64,000 nucleotides of DNA from Octopus sinensis (Eukaryota). The notes under the pieces are model-generated. The model did no database searches and was not told the DNA's origin. It worked only from the letters and a program-made list of their open reading frames with translations. Below are positions 1-13,974 of this stretch, in pieces. Where the stretch lies: the NCBI RefSeq assembly GCF_006345805.1, contig NC_043002.1:13702001-13766000 (forward strand), in the 5' to 3' direction. The translations under genes were made by a program, and so were the position numbers. Position 1 is the first letter of the stretch. Each line of letters starts with the position of its first letter.

Positions 1-14
1 TTTGGTTTTGCCAA

Positions 15-150
15 CTGAGTGGATAGGAAGAACGTGAATGACATATTATGCTCAAGAACACAATACGCCACCGAGTCCAGGAATTGAAACCACAATCATA
101 TATTTAAGCTACGCACTCCTACACCTCAATCACTAAGCTACACGCCCTCA
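15..150 (-). mobile_element. Degenerate tRNA-derived SINE 5' portion
   Basis: Reverse complement begins GTGAGGGCGTGTAGCTTAGTGATTGAGG (A-box-like) with a downstream GGTTTCAATTCC B-box-like segment; resembles SINE heads at 15478 and 23651. Confidence 0.5.
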
Positions 151-1159
151 CACACCCTCGCACGCACACACACGTACACACATATTTATGAGTAGCCAAT
201 ATGTCACTGTTATACGTACATATAGAACAATACATCACTTTTGTTTTGGTTACATATTTATTGGTAGTGCTAAGAAGTAGAAGCTAATATCACAGTGATC
301 TGATTTTACTATTCGACTCCCAGCTGAATTCTTGTCGTTTGCGTCGGCAATATTCTTGTAAATGGCGTAGGTGTTTTATAATTGCATCCTCTGAATACAT
401 AAATTTCTGACCGATTTTTTTTGTTTATTTTCTAAAGAAGGGTAATCAATTTTGGTTAGGTTATTATTTCCATATGAAGTTTGTTGCAGTTCAGTTGCCA
501 AGTTATCGAACTTTATTTTATCACCAACAGATTTAAGGGACAAATAATAAGAAAATACTAATTAAAAAAAAAGAAGAAAATACTGTTTTCTTTACGCTTT
601 AACAAACAAAAAGACAATATAATAATCGTAACTGGGTCATGAACACTTATAGCCGTTGGCTCATCATTAATTGACAACTTATCTTCATTGAAAAGAACCG
701 TGTTAAAGGTAGGAGCAAATAGGTTAATAGAAATTCGAATCCGTTAAATAACAACAACGACAACAACATAAAGAATAAAATAGGCTCAAAGGAACAATAT
801 GAAGAGTAGACGAAGCATCGGCGTGCCTAAGGAAAAAACACAAAAAGCTAAACAACAATAAATTCAATCAAGCATTTACAAGTAACTAAATTAAGGATTT
901 CTTTGGGAGAAATAATCGAAGAAGGCAGCAATTTTTGGAAGGCAATTGGCAGATAAAAATGTTATGAATTTTTTTTTTTTCATCGACTGAAGTGTTGAAA
1001 TATAATTTGTTTTAATGAACGTCTTGTGAGAAGAAATGCTGCGATAAATTGAAGGCGAAAACGAGCAATGAATCAATCTTCTACTTAAACGATCGATTTG
1101 AAATAACAACAACAATAACAACGGCAGCATTTCCATTGTAGGCTGTCGTTTTGGAGAAG

Positions 1160-1288
1160 GGGGCACTTGATGAAGTTGACCTCCAGTTCTTCACTGGCAC
1201 GTATTTCGCCGGCCCGGAAAGGATGAATAGCAAAGTCAACTCGCAAGGCATTTTGTCCGGCATGGTAAGCATTCTGCCAGCTCGCTGC

Positions 1289-1290
<2 letters not shown>
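1160..1290 (-). mobile_element. SINE core fragment
   Basis: Reverse-strand match to the GAGCTGGCAGAA...GACTTTGC..TTCATCCTTTC.GG core seen at 11958, 19027 and 54663. Confidence 0.6.
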
Positions 1291-1328
<38 letters not shown>

Positions 1329-1375
1329 TAATAATAATAATAATAATGATAATAATAATAATAATAATAATAATC
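1290..1375. repeat. (AAT)n microsatellite
   Basis: Direct inspection. Confidence 0.95.
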
Positions 1376-2480
1376 CTATTGCTAACTTGCAATAGGATGC
1401 ACCATCCAAAGGCAGGCTCAGATCGTCTTTATCTTCTCAGAGCTCAAGAAGGTTGTGGCTTGATCCAGTTTAAAATCTCTTAGAAAACCATGACAAATGG
1501 ACTGGCAAAACATCTCGAAACATCTAATGACTGGATGCTAAAACTCGTTGAAAATCAAGAAAGACGTAAGAAGCTTCATTCTTTTATGAAGGAGAGCACA
1601 GATTTGCTAGTGAGTTCATGTATAATACTCAGGTTGAACAGCATGATGAAAGAGCGGTCACTGTAGTTGCAAAGAAGGTGAAATCAATAGCAAAGCAAAA
1701 TGCGTTTGAAATATTGACTGATAGGTTAAAACAAAAAACCTTCGCCTGGCAAAAATGTGGCCTGTAGCAAACAAGCTGATGTAGACCAGAAGCACATCCA
1801 TCAGTAGCTACGGAGCTCGGGGCTAAATGCAGAGAGCAAAGGTTTTATCTTTGCTGCACAAGATCAGAGCTTATGAACCGGTACTACCAGAGCCAGTGTG
1901 AGGAAAGATGGAGTAGACCCAGAGTACCGATACTGCGATACGATTGAATCAATGGCACACCTAATCTCTGGGTGTAAGGTTTTAGTACCTGTAAATTATA
2001 AATCAAGACATGACAAAGTTGGTTAAAATCTACACTAGATAATATGTCGGCATTTTAAATCAAAACTGCTAACAAATTGTACAAGCACGACCCTGAGGCT
2101 GTAACTCGGGGAGAAAATGTAACGATTCTTTGGGACTTTCCAATGTGTACAGCTCAGATCATCAGCGCTAATAAGCAAAATATTGTTGCGAAGGACCAAA
2201 ACAATAAAGTCTGTTTTTTGATTGACAGGGGCATACGTTATGACCGTAATACCTCAGCAAAAGTATTCTATAAGCTCAGAAAATATAAAGATCGAAATCG
2301 AAAAGATGTGGCATCTCAAGATGGTTACAAGACCAGTGATTGTAGGAGCTCTTCGAATGATTAAATATGGAACTGAAAGTTATTTGAGAATGATCTCTGG
2401 CTTACCATCCATGCTGGAAGTGGAAAAGATTGTCTTAAACGGTACGTCGTACGTACTGAGAAGAGAATTGCCGTTGCAAT
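1376..2480 (+). mobile_element. 5'-truncated, decayed R4/Dong-clade non-LTR retrotransposon (post-RT region, CCHC remnant, restriction-like endonuclease)
   Basis: Broken frames give HPKAGSDRLYL, GFIFAAQDQSL, HLISGC..RHDKV, ILWDF..ANKQNIV..CFLID and KYKD..IEIEKMW..PVIVGAL; begins right after (AAT)n. Confidence 0.85.
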
Positions 2481-2609
2481 ATTTCTCCTTTTTCCCATTT
2501 ATTTCCTTCGTTTAATTTTCCATCTTTTATTTTTCCTTTTTCTCTGTCTTCCCCCTTTTCTCTATCACATGTTTTTGAAGATGAAAGAATCTTATGTGTT
2601 TATATTAAT

Positions 2610-2990
2610 CGCTGTGGCACTCCGTTGCTTACAACGACGAGGGTTCCAGTTGATTCGTTCAACGGAACAGCGTGCTCGTGAAATTAATGCGCAAGTGACT
2701 GAGCACTCCACAGACACGCGTACCCTTAACGTAGTTTTCAGGGAGATACAGCATGACACAGGGTGTGACAAGGCGAGTCCTTTGAAATACAGGTACAACA
2801 GTAACAGGAAGAAAGAGTGAGAGCAAGTTGTGACGAAAGAGCACAGCAGGGTTCGCCACCACCGCCTACCGGAGCCTTATAGAGCTTTAGGTGTTTTTGC
2901 ACGATAACACTCATAACGCCCGGTATGGGAAACGAAACATTTTTGCTACGACCACGGTTCCGCTGCCCTAAACAGTAGGTCATTGCGTCT
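2610..2990 (-). mobile_element. tRNA-derived SINE
   Basis: Shares GAAACAGGAAGAAAGAGTGAGA...CGGAGCCT...GCCCGGT segments with copies at 18480, 57960 and 60370. Confidence 0.7.
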
Positions 2991-3084
2991 CCACAAATAT
3001 TAATAGCCTACCAATGTATACAGTGCGTTTCTCTGCCCTAGGTGTCAGGAAGACACTCGGCAAGAAATGGAAACAGAATTGAAA

Positions 3085-3655
3085 GCTGATAATGATAATG
3101 ATAATAATGATAAATGCTCTGATGCAGTACCAGGCAGTGGCCCTCATGGTTTTTGATCTTAACTGATTGGAAGTGTTATATACATGTTTTGTCTTGGTAT
3201 AAATAAAAGATGGGCTACTGCAAATATTCTGTTCAATACCACAGATTTGCATGACCTTAACCAGTTGAGCATGTCCTTTGGTAGGTGATGATATGTGCAT
3301 CTCTGAACCCGAGCAGAAGTAGTCGGGGAGCATCATAGCTATGTGTTGAGAGGAATTCTTTAGGGTTTGAATAATTCACCCCTGGAAACATGGGTGTTTC
3401 ATGCAACATCCTTAAACAACCCTTATTCAGGGACCTTTTGATTGGGCTTGGCTACTTCTCCTGTAGAAAATTCTAACTGGGGACCACATGCAAGATCATC
3501 CGCTGTTTATCTTGATATGAGACGACCAATGTCGCACTCATATGGTTGTGCGACGTCTAGACGTACGTGACGTGTAATCATAATGTTTATACTGGGCTTC
3601 GTATATTTTACCCCAGTGTCACTTTGATGGCATGCACTGCTCTCTCACTCAATAA
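3085..3655. mobile_element. Probable interspersed repeat flanked by short AAT/GAT runs (family unassigned)
   Basis: Balanced-composition block between ATAATGATAATG and CTCACTCAATAAT; only one copy in the window, so support is recollection of a cephalopod repeat only. Confidence 0.3.
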
Positions 3656-3790
3656 TTACGATGAAAGAAAGTTTGTTTTAGAAACGTTGAGATGTATTTT
3701 CTTATTTTCTTATTCTCAAACGCATGATAATGCTAATAAATAGCGTGATCAGTATAAATTATCCATACATTGCAGAAAAATACGTTACCG

Positions 3791-3862
3791 GCCAGCCATG
3801 AAACTCGAACTCACATCCCTGTGATTACGCGTCAAGTACTTTACCATTAAACTAAACTGCCG
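3791..3862 (-). other. tRNA-like SINE head or tRNA pseudogene
   Basis: Reverse complement has A-box TAGTTTAATGG and B-box GTTCGAGT at tRNA spacing, but the acceptor stem does not pair. Confidence 0.45.
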
Positions 3863-4254
3863 AGTAACAATTTCTTCTGCAATTTTAGAACTTATAAATT
3901 TCGCTTCATAAGACGCTAACGTTGAATTCAATTGGGACAACGCTCTCGGGTAATATCTGGACGTCGACGAAAATCAACAAGCTAGTATGTTCTGGAGGAC
4001 GTTCGTACCGGAGCCTATGGATAACTTACAGAAATTCTTGACGCGGCAGTGCTACCGGGGAAACTGTCGGTTCGGGATAAGCTCTATAGACTTTCCTGAG
4101 ATACGCACAGAAGAACGAAACTGTTCGTATACCCTCGTCCAGCGCCTGAACAAGGCTCACTTGTGGGTTTATGTCGTACACCTGTAATGGGCAGAACGTA
4201 TGCGGTAATCGGCAGCGCCCATCGTGGAGATCGTCCCACTGCCTTCCTTTTGCC

Positions 4255-4460
4255 GGGAAAGCTAGCAGAATTGTTAGCACGCCGGACAATATGCTTAGCA
4301 GTATTTAGTCCGTCTCTACTTTCCGAAATCTAATTCCAGCGAGGTCGACTTTACCATTCACCCTTTCGGGATCGATAAAATACGTACCAGTTGAGCACTG
4401 CAATCGACTCTCCGCCCCCTCCGAAGTCGCTGGCCATGTGCCAAAATTCGAAACCAATAC
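4255..4460 (+). mobile_element. SINE copy
   Basis: GCTAGCAGAATTGTTAGCACGCCGG...GAGGTCGACTTT..CCTTTCGGG.TCGATAAAAT..GTACCAGTTG shared with 11958 and 19027. Confidence 0.75.
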
Positions 4461-5454
4461 TATCATAATTGTTGCTACTATGTTTGTCGTTGCTGTTGAC
4501 ATGTTGATCACCATTGTCTCGTGTATTACCATTATCATTGTTATTTATGATCATGTGAACAAGGAGGATGAGAAAACAAGAGACAGAAATAGTGGTGAGT
4601 GGTTGTTTCATTTGTATTTGTTTGTTATTATTAGTTTGAATTTTTTCTTGTCTCTCCATTAACTTTGATGTCAAACATTATTTCGACACTCCGCTGTTGC
4701 CTCGTTCTAATAACATCTGCCATATATTTTCATATTCCCGCTTACTCTCATTATTTGTTTTCTGAAGATAATAGTTTCATTTATCTTTTTTAAGTGGCAG
4801 GAATATAAGCCAGCGAACTTTAGTTGTTGTCCGTCTGCATTTCACTGCTTTCTGAAACATCTAATCCGGCGCCCTGTTGTCTTTAGCTACCACTAATATG
4901 ATATCGTACAACCGTTGAAGCTACATCGTTGAAATATAATGATATCAGACACGGAAAAAACACATAAAATGGTTAAACATTTTATATAAACATTTCATAA
5001 ACATAATGCAGAATATAATGGCGTTTATACTAGTCTGCAGAATGACAGTGGCGCAAGTGAAGATATATCTATATTTATAAAAGAGGGGAATCGGAAGAAA
5101 TGAGTAGTGTGTACATAGAAACCAGATTATTGTAACTGGGTGCTGACTAATGTATTGAAATGTTACTGGCAAAAGAAGGATTAGGTCGAATACTGCTATT
5201 AGTTTGCAAAGGGGCAGTAGATTAAAATTTTAATACATAGCAAAGCAACCTTAATGAATCCTCAATAAAACGACTCTTTTGCTGTGATATTACGACTTCA
5301 ATCAAACTACAGATTGACCCGAAAAAGTAATGAAAGTTGTAAATGCCAAAATTTTTTCTCTCTAAATAACGAGAAAATTCGATGCACAAACAAATGAAAA
5401 ACGGAAATGCTTTCTCTTGGGAAGCGAAATCATGCGATACGAATGAAACCACAG

Positions 5455-5499
5455 ATAATGATGATGATGATGATGATGATGATAATAATAATAATAATG

Positions 5500-5556
<57 letters not shown>

Positions 5557-5558
5557 TA

Positions 5559-5596
<38 letters not shown>
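5455..5596. repeat. (GAT)n-(AAT)n-(ATT)n compound microsatellite with head-to-head AAT/ATT
   Basis: Direct inspection. Confidence 0.95.
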
Positions 5597-5597
<1 letters not shown>

Positions 5598-7030
5598 TGG
5601 ATGACTTCAAACTCTATGGTAAAGATGAATCCCAAGTCAGTTCCCTCGTTGATACAGTATATACTTTCAGTGCTGATATCAGAATGGAGTACGAACTGAA
5701 AAAGTGTGGTTTGTTAGTCTTGAAGAAAGGCAAAATCAAATGTATGGACAGGTTAGCGATACTATCGGAGGAGGTTATGAAGCAGATAGAAGAGACGGGC
5801 TATAAGTACTTGGAGATATTGAAAATAGATAAATTGATGGAGAAAGAATGGCAGAAACATTTAAGGTGGATTACTTGCGCTGAGTGAGACAGATACTTAA
5901 GTCGAAATTAAACGGACGGAATAAGATTGAAGCTATGGTTTTGGTATTTAGATATGATCAGGGGTAATCGTATGGACAGTAGACGAACTAAACAGCTTAG
6001 ACAGAAAGACAAGGAAGTTGCTGACTAGATATGGAATACTCCAACGAAAACGTGACATAGAGAGACTGTATGTGTCAAGAAAAAGAGAGGGAAGAGGACT
6101 GATTGGATGCGAACACAGCATTAGAGCAGAAGAAAACAACATAGCGTGATGTGTAAAAAATGCCACAGAACCAGTATATTGGAAGAATGTTAGGCTTGTG
6201 TAGGGTGGAAGATAGCAAAGGTAAAGAACTGTACAAGTACTTGAGAATGAATGAAAATGAAAATAGGTAGATAAAGAAAAGAATGCATGGACAATTTCAT
6301 AGGGATGTTGAAAATAAGACAGAAAATAAAGAAGACGTCTATGGATGACAAAAAGGGATTTAAAATCGGAAACGGAGGCTGTAATCTGTGCTGCCCAGGA
6401 GCAAGTATTAAGAACTAATTACATCAAATGCAAAACAGACAACAGGCCAGAAAGTGATAAATGCAGCATTTGCTGACAAAATATTAAAACCGTATGCTAC
6501 ATTACCAGTGAATGTACACCACTAGCTCAGAAGGAATATAAGAGAAGTCATGACGATAAGGATTGTCTTTGGACACTTTGCAACAAGTATGGACTTGACA
6601 GAGCAAATAATGTGTTACGAGCATAAATCTGAAGGCATTATCGAAAATGATAATGCAAAGATCCTATGGGATTTTATAATTCACTGCGACCATGAGATAG
6701 AGAATAGGAAACCAGACATAGTGTTAATTGATGAAGAAAGCAAACAATGCTGGGTCATAGATATAGCATGCTCATCTGACAACAAGGTATGCGATAAGGA
6801 GCAAAGAAAAGTCGATAGATATGATAGACTAGCTTGAAATGTTAAGCAGCTCTGGTCGATGAAAAAGCTGGTGGTAGTACCAATAAATTTCGGAGCCCTG
6901 GGAACAGTGAGTAAAACTCTTGAGAAATATATGGAACAAATAGAGGCTGCAATAAGGGTGGAGCACTTGCAGAAAACAGCACTGCTTGGAACAGCTCGCA
7001 TACTCTGGAAGGTGCTCGAAAAATATGGGT
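5597..7030 (+). mobile_element. 5'-truncated, decayed R4/Dong-clade non-LTR retrotransposon (RT C-half to RLE endonuclease)
   Basis: LFMDDFKLY RT catalytic motif at the 5' junction, GYKYL, RDIERLYVSRKREGRGLIG, ILWDFIIHCDHEIENRKPDIVLID, FGALGTV..LQKTALLGTARIL; runs into (AAT)n at 7031. Confidence 0.9.
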
Positions 7031-7077
7031 TAATAATAATAATAATAATGATAATAATAATAATAATAATAATAATA

Positions 7078-7128
<51 letters not shown>

Positions 7129-7166
7129 TAGTAATAGTAATAATAGTAATAATAATAACAATAATG

Positions 7167-7208
<42 letters not shown>

Positions 7209-7255
7209 TTAATAACAATAATAATAATAATTATAATAATAATAATAACAATAAC

Positions 7256-7304
<49 letters not shown>

Positions 7305-7333
7305 GTAATGATAACAACAACAACAACAACAGC

Positions 7334-7376
<43 letters not shown>

Positions 7377-7953
7377 GTAATTGTAATGACCTTGATGATC
7401 TTCATAATGTTATAATCGTTACTGCTATTAGTACCTTCTTGCACTTCTAAGTCGGTCAAACCTCATTTGCATAATGATCATCCTTTAATTCGTTATTTAT
7501 GCCATACAGTTCTCATTCCCCTTATCCTACTCATTTCACTCCGCCTTTCTCTCTTCCTCTATTCCCACCACCTCCTCCTCCTCCTCTTCCCTTTTATCAT
7601 CAGCATCATCTTTCCCAATAATCATTATCATCGTGTTACTCTTCGTCGTGATAATAATAACATTAATGAGGATTAATACGATGATAATGAGTAGGAATGC
7701 AATGGATGCCATAATTTTCTTCTTAATGATATTATTAATTACCATTGCAATCGTGATTATCGTTTGGATCGTCATCAAAGTTATCGTAAAAGTTGTCATC
7801 ACCATACTTTTTCATCGTTCCTATAATCACCTTTTTTTGGTCACTTTTGTTTCACATGCTAATCATAATGATAATGATGGTGGTGATAATGCTGATTATT
7901 GCTATCGTCTTCGACATCATCATCATCATCATCATCATCATTATCATCATCAA

Positions 7954-8024
<71 letters not shown>

Positions 8025-8436
8025 ACATACTCATTATCAATAGCATTACCGCTAACTTACCAACCTCATCGGTGACTTCGACAGCAAATTCATCATCAGT
8101 ACTTTCCTGCTGCTGCTGCTGTTCCTCCTCCTTCTATTCCTACTCCCCCTCCTGCTCGTCATCGTCGTCGTCGTCATCATCATCATCAACATCATGTTCA
8201 TTGCCGTCGTAGTCGTCATCATGACCATCGTCGTCGTCGTCATAATCATGATCATCATCGTTGTGTCGTCGTCGTCATTATCAGGATCATTTTAATCATC
8301 ATGATCATCATCACCATTATCATCTCCATTTCTAGCATCATTATCACCCTACCTATAATTACCAAAACCATCATCTCTATAATCACCATTGTCGTGTCCG
8401 CCATCCTTCACACAACCAACTTTAGGACCATCATCG

Positions 8437-8476
<40 letters not shown>

Positions 8477-9957
8477 AATCATCATCATCATCATATCATC
8501 ATCATCATCATCATCACAGCCACTCCTATCAGTACAATCACCGTAATCCTTCAGCAACATACTCACCATCATTCTTCACCCATCATCCAATAGTCTTCCC
8601 CGTCACAGGCCACAACCATCACCACCACCACCACCACTACCGTCATCTTTATAACCGTCAGCATAGTTGCCGTCGTTATCGCCATCATCATCATCATTAT
8701 CATCATTATCATCATCATTATCATCATCATCATATCATCATCATCATTAACCTCCTCCTCCTTCTCGTCATTAATCATCACCATTACATCACCGTCATCG
8801 TACTAGGTTGTTGTCATCAACAGCATCAACATCATACTAGCACCAGAACAATCACCATCACCATTATCATCATGATCATGATCATCATGATCATCGATAA
8901 TCTTCAACATCACATGGCCATCATCACCACCATCATCAACATCATTTTCACAACCATCAGCCTCGTGTTTCCCTCATCGTCACTGCCAATGCCATCATCC
9001 CTTTCACCCTCCTCCTCTTCCTCCTCGTCCTCCTCGTCCTCCCCTGCCAAACTTCCCTCTCCTCCTCCCACTCCTTCTCTTCTTCCTCATTATCATCATT
9101 AATTATCATCAGCCCATCATCATCGTCGTCGTTATCTGCCTTCTCCTCCTCCGCCACCGCCGCCTCAATATTATCCTCTTCCTCCACCTCCTCCTCTATA
9201 TCATCTCCATCATCATCATCATACCGGTAAAATTTTCTTTCGCGAAGAAAGAAATTCAGAATATTTTCAACAAAGAAGCATAACAAAGTACTGAAAAAAA
9301 AAGAAAGACATCAAAACGAAAAAAAAAACAGAGAAAAAGAAAAAGGAAGTCATGAAAGATAAAAGAAGAAAAGAAAACAATTTGAATAAAAAAATAAAAA
9401 CTTAGGGCTCAAAAATAACGGAAGAAGGGAAACGAAAACTTGGAAAGACTCATAAAATGAAACAAAAACTACTGAATATTAACCCCCACTCAAGTAATAA
9501 TAATAATAACAACAACAACAATAATAATAATAATAATAATAATAATGATAATTATTATTATTATTATAATTATAATTATAATAATAATAAAAATAATAAT
9601 AAGAATAATACAATAAGAATAATAATAATGGTAATAGGAAAAATTACAATAATGCTAATATTATTATTATTATTAATAATATTAATAGTAATAATAATAT
9701 TAGTACTAGTTGTAAGAACAACGACAGCAGCAGCATCAACAACCGCCACAACACCAACAACAATAAGAAGAATCATGAAAATAATAATAATAATAATAAT
9801 AACAACAACAACAACAACAATAATAATAATAATAATAATAATAACGTTAATAATAATATTAATATTAATAATAATAGTAATGTTAATAATAATAATGATA
9901 ATGGTGATGATGATGATGATGATAATAATAATAATAATAATAACAACATTAATAGTA

Positions 9958-10026
<69 letters not shown>

Positions 10027-10045
10027 GGAACAATAATAATAATAA
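7031..10045. repeat. ~3 kb compound degenerate trinucleotide tract: (AAT)n, then (CAT/CGT/CCT)n, an A-rich spacer, then (AAT/AAC)n
   Basis: Direct inspection; all ORFs here are homopolymeric. Confidence 0.95.
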
Positions 10046-10513
10046 AATGTAAACGAAAAAATTAATATATTAAAATTTTTCGAAGATTTTGTAAAAAATA
10101 AAAAAAAAGTATGCTAAGTGTATTGATCAGAAAAGATTGCCAAATGGTGATCTCTGTGAAGAAATAAAAATCGATTTGCAATTAAAACAGTAGGTTTGAA
10201 TTCAATTTGCATATATTACTGATATTAGTATAGCTCATTAAGATGCAGTAATATGGCCTCATATCAATATCTCGTGTTGTTGACAGTGGTATGATGGTTA
10301 GTGGTGGAGATTGCTTGATGATCGAGGCGTCTTAATATGTGTGTGTAATCGCCAACCAACTCTACGTGTCAGTGGTTCGCCTCCTACCCTTGGATACTCT
10401 CTCTGTCCTCTGTGTCCAATTTAAGAATATTTCAGTGAACAACCCAGTTACCATTAGGAAATTAGTTATGTCAATAAGGTTCTGTAATATTATGCACCGT
10501 AAAACCAGTAACA

Positions 10514-10537
10514 TCTATCTATCTATCTATCTATCTA

Positions 10538-10590
<53 letters not shown>

Positions 10591-10611
10591 GTCTGTCTGT
10601 CTGTCTGTCTA

Positions 10612-10698
<87 letters not shown>

Positions 10699-10711
10699 GT
10701 CTGTTTGTCTG

Positions 10712-10746
<35 letters not shown>

Positions 10747-10825
10747 GTCTATCTATCTATCTATCTATCTATCTACCTATCTACCTTTAATCTATCTGTC
10801 TTTCTGTCTGTTTGTCTCTATCTAT
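10514..10825. repeat. (TATC)n/(TGTC)n tetranucleotide microsatellite
   Basis: Direct inspection. Confidence 0.95.
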
Positions 10826-11190
10826 ACACACAAGAAGCTGTATATGGTTAATACGCTCAGGTAAATTCGAACGTCACTATGCTAATCGATCTTGTATTTC
10901 GACTCACTTTCCCCTTTACGAGGATTATGTCTTCATAATATACACGATTCATTAGTACAACAAATAGCATACATTTCATTCGCCGTATAGGAGAAGCTGT
11001 TCTCGTGTGACGACACACACCAACGATTTATACGTCCACGTTCAAATTCACCTGAGCACATTAATTTCTTTTCAAGAATAAATATGCTAGTCACCAACTT
11101 GATACTTGCTGTCCGTCCATAGGGCATATGACGATTTATTACATATACTAATTGATATGGGTAAGTATATATATATATATAAGTATATAA

Positions 11191-11228
<38 letters not shown>

Positions 11229-11459
11229 TATATATATGTATGTATATATATATATATGCGTGTGTGTGTGTGTGTGTGCATCACTAAAACTCAAGAACTA
11301 CCCTACCAAATTCATTGAAACTTTACACATGCCTTACTTATGTGTCATGGGCCAAAGAAGTTTCAGAATCATTGCACTTCATTTTTATCTGCAGACTGTT
11401 AAAGAGCAATGACTCATATATATATATATATTATATATATATATATATATATACACACA

Positions 11460-11673
11460 CAGAGTGGGCCAAAAGTAGATTTACAGTTATCACGTAGTCA
11501 CTTTAAATTTCTTTTAAATCATCTTATTACGTTTAAATTTCAATCTTACAATTAACTAAATTAGCATAGAAGAATGGTTTCGTATTTTTAGTAATTAAGA
11601 TCTAAACTGCTAATATATGAAGAATGCGAAAGAGATAGTTGAATACCTGTCGACCTACCATTGGGCCACCCTG
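11460..11673. mobile_element. Tc1/mariner-type MITE (~214 bp)
   Basis: Imperfect ~27-bp TIRs CAGAGTGGGCCAAAAGTAGATTTACAG and CTGTCGACCTACCATTGGGCCACCCTG; right end followed by TA, left end inside a TA/CA repeat. Confidence 0.65.
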
Positions 11674-11957
11674 TATATGTCTATACATATGTATATATAT
11701 TAGTTTCCTTTATGCCTTCTGGTATTTTTCCGGCTTTACACAACTACATTTTTGAATATATGTATGTGTGTGTGTGTGCACGCGCATGCGTGTGCGTGTG
11801 TGTGTGTGAGTGTGTGCCTGTGTATGAGTTTCTACATGCCTGCCTTTTGAATGCTGAGGAGTAAAATGATAAAAATGTTAATTCGAGCTGAGTTGCAAAA
11901 TCAAAATAAAATCTTGACCATGGGGGTAGTTGAGAGTCCACGGTACTTCAATTTAAT

Positions 11958-12190
11958 GCGGCGAGCTGGCAGAAACGTTAGCACGTCGGGCAAAATGCGT
12001 AGCCGTATTTCGTCTGCCGTTACGTTCTGAGTTCAAATTCCGCCGAGGTCGACTTTGCCTTTCATCCTTTCGGGGTCGATTAAATAAGTACCAGTTACGC
12101 ACTGGGGTCGATATAATCGACTTAATTCGTTTGTCTGTCCTTGTTTGTCCCCTCTGTGTTTAGCCCCTTGTGGGTAGTAAAAAAAAAAAA
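11958..12190 (+). mobile_element. SINE copy with A-tail
   Basis: GCGGCGAGCTGGCAGAAACGTTAGCACG...GCCCCTTGTGGGTAGT(A)n; homologues at 28680 (minus) and 54663. Confidence 0.85.
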
Positions 12191-12709
12191 AAAGATACTT
12201 CAATTTGCAATAATGTAAAATTAAATTAATTGGTTGATTTCCACAAATACAGTAACATATAATGAACAAAGTAAAGTAACGAATGTCCGCTGCTGAATCT
12301 CGCTGTTTCGTAGCTTTAAGCAGATATGAATTTCACATTAGAGTGAAAGCTAGGATATTGTATGAAGTTCTTCGTGTAGGACAAACTGACAGTTCAACGC
12401 CAAATGACATAAGACCACATTAATCATAAAATTGTGATGCAATTACTGCGATGAATTATCTAGTCATGTGAAGGCACATGGACTAGGGATGAGAAGACAT
12501 GGGGGTGGGGAGATACTGATAGAACGTAATATCGTGGGTTCAATTCCCGAGCCGGGCAGTGAATTGTATTTTTTTAAGCAAAAACCCTTCTACTCAGCTG
12601 CAAATGAGTAACGGTGTGACGAGCAGGGGTCTCGTTTATGGGGTAAGTTGTGATCTAGGACAATTATGCGTCATGGCAACGGCCTTATGAGTTCTAGAGT
12701 TGAAAACAG

Positions 12710-12771
<62 letters not shown>

Positions 12772-12855
12772 TTATATTAGGTCATCCCATATATATTTTC
12801 TGGATTTTTAAATAGTTCTTTTATCTTTCAATATTAAGATAAACACATTTATTTT

Positions 12856-13849
12856 CTAATCTAAAATATACTCTACTTCATTTTCTACAATGCTCTTTCC
12901 TTGATCTGGTAGAGTTGCAAGGCCCTTCTTCCAAAATTCACTTGTCCGAGACGAAAAATACTCCTCCAGTACTCTTCTGACCTCGTCTACAGAATTCATA
13001 TTTTTCCCGTCAAAATCATTCTGAAGACTGCCGAATAAATGATAATCAGATGGGGCAATATCAGACGAATATAATGGGTGGGGCATCGTTTCCCATTCAA
13101 ACTGCCGAGCATTATCCTGATGGAAGAACACCTTTCGTCTTGAAATCGAAGATGGCCGTTTCTCTTCTAGCGCTGACTTAAGCCGCTCAAGCTAGTTGCA
13201 GTACATCTCCTTTCTTATCGTTTGGTTTGGGTTTAAGTGTTCAAAATGGATTACACCTTGCATATCCCACTAAACAGATAGCAACACCTTACGTGGGTAA
13301 ATACCTTCTTTAGCCTGGGGTGCCGTTGTTTCTCCTTTCCCTACCCACTGTCTTCGACGTTTGGCATTTTTATAGAGAACCCATTTCTCGTCACCAGTCA
13401 CTATTCAGTCCAAAAAAGGTTCATTCGTGAGGTGTGAGTGCAAAAAAGGAGCACATACTCATTCTGTGCGCGCGATTAGACTCGGAACGTTTGTTAGGAA
13501 CCCATTGACCTAATTTGCTGACTTTTCCGTTGGCACAGAGGTGACGATGAATGGTTGAACGACCAAATCCAAGCTTCTATACTAATTCCTCAATAGTTAC
13601 AATGTGATTTTGTTCCACCAAGCTGTGGAGAACATTCTCGTCGAGCTCTATAGATCCTCCAGGACGTGGCTCGTCTTCAAGGCTGTAGGAGCCGGCTCAG
13701 AATTTCTGGAACCGCTATTGAAACTGGCTTATGCTTATTGGCCGTTCCCCATCTACTGCGTTAACATTCCTCGCACTTTCCTTTGCGTTGTTGCCTTTAT
13801 TGAACTCATTAAGCAAGATATGCCTGATATGCTCCTTTGTGACTTCCAT
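12856..13849 (-). pseudogene. Mariner (DD34D-type) transposase pseudogene
   Basis: MEVTKEHIRHILL N-terminus, EDEPRPG linker, GQWVP motif, HQDNAR and PHPLYSSDIAPSDYHLF catalytic motifs; several stops and frameshifts. Confidence 0.9.
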
Positions 13850-13974
13850 TATAACTTTCAAAAAACAACTGTTAAAATATCGAACTACGCTCTTCAAAAC
13901 TTCCACTAACAATAACAAGGTAAAATTATTGTTCATCTGCAATACTTAAAGCGTGTATAGTTTTAAATATCTTT

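Noticed and set aside
3960-4255. GC-richer segment with a 66-aa ORF
   Set aside because: No recognisable protein or RNA family; probably a decayed repeat next to a SINE
6842-10065. Long Ile/Leu/His/Met-rich ORFs
   Set aside because: Trinucleotide repeats with no domain content
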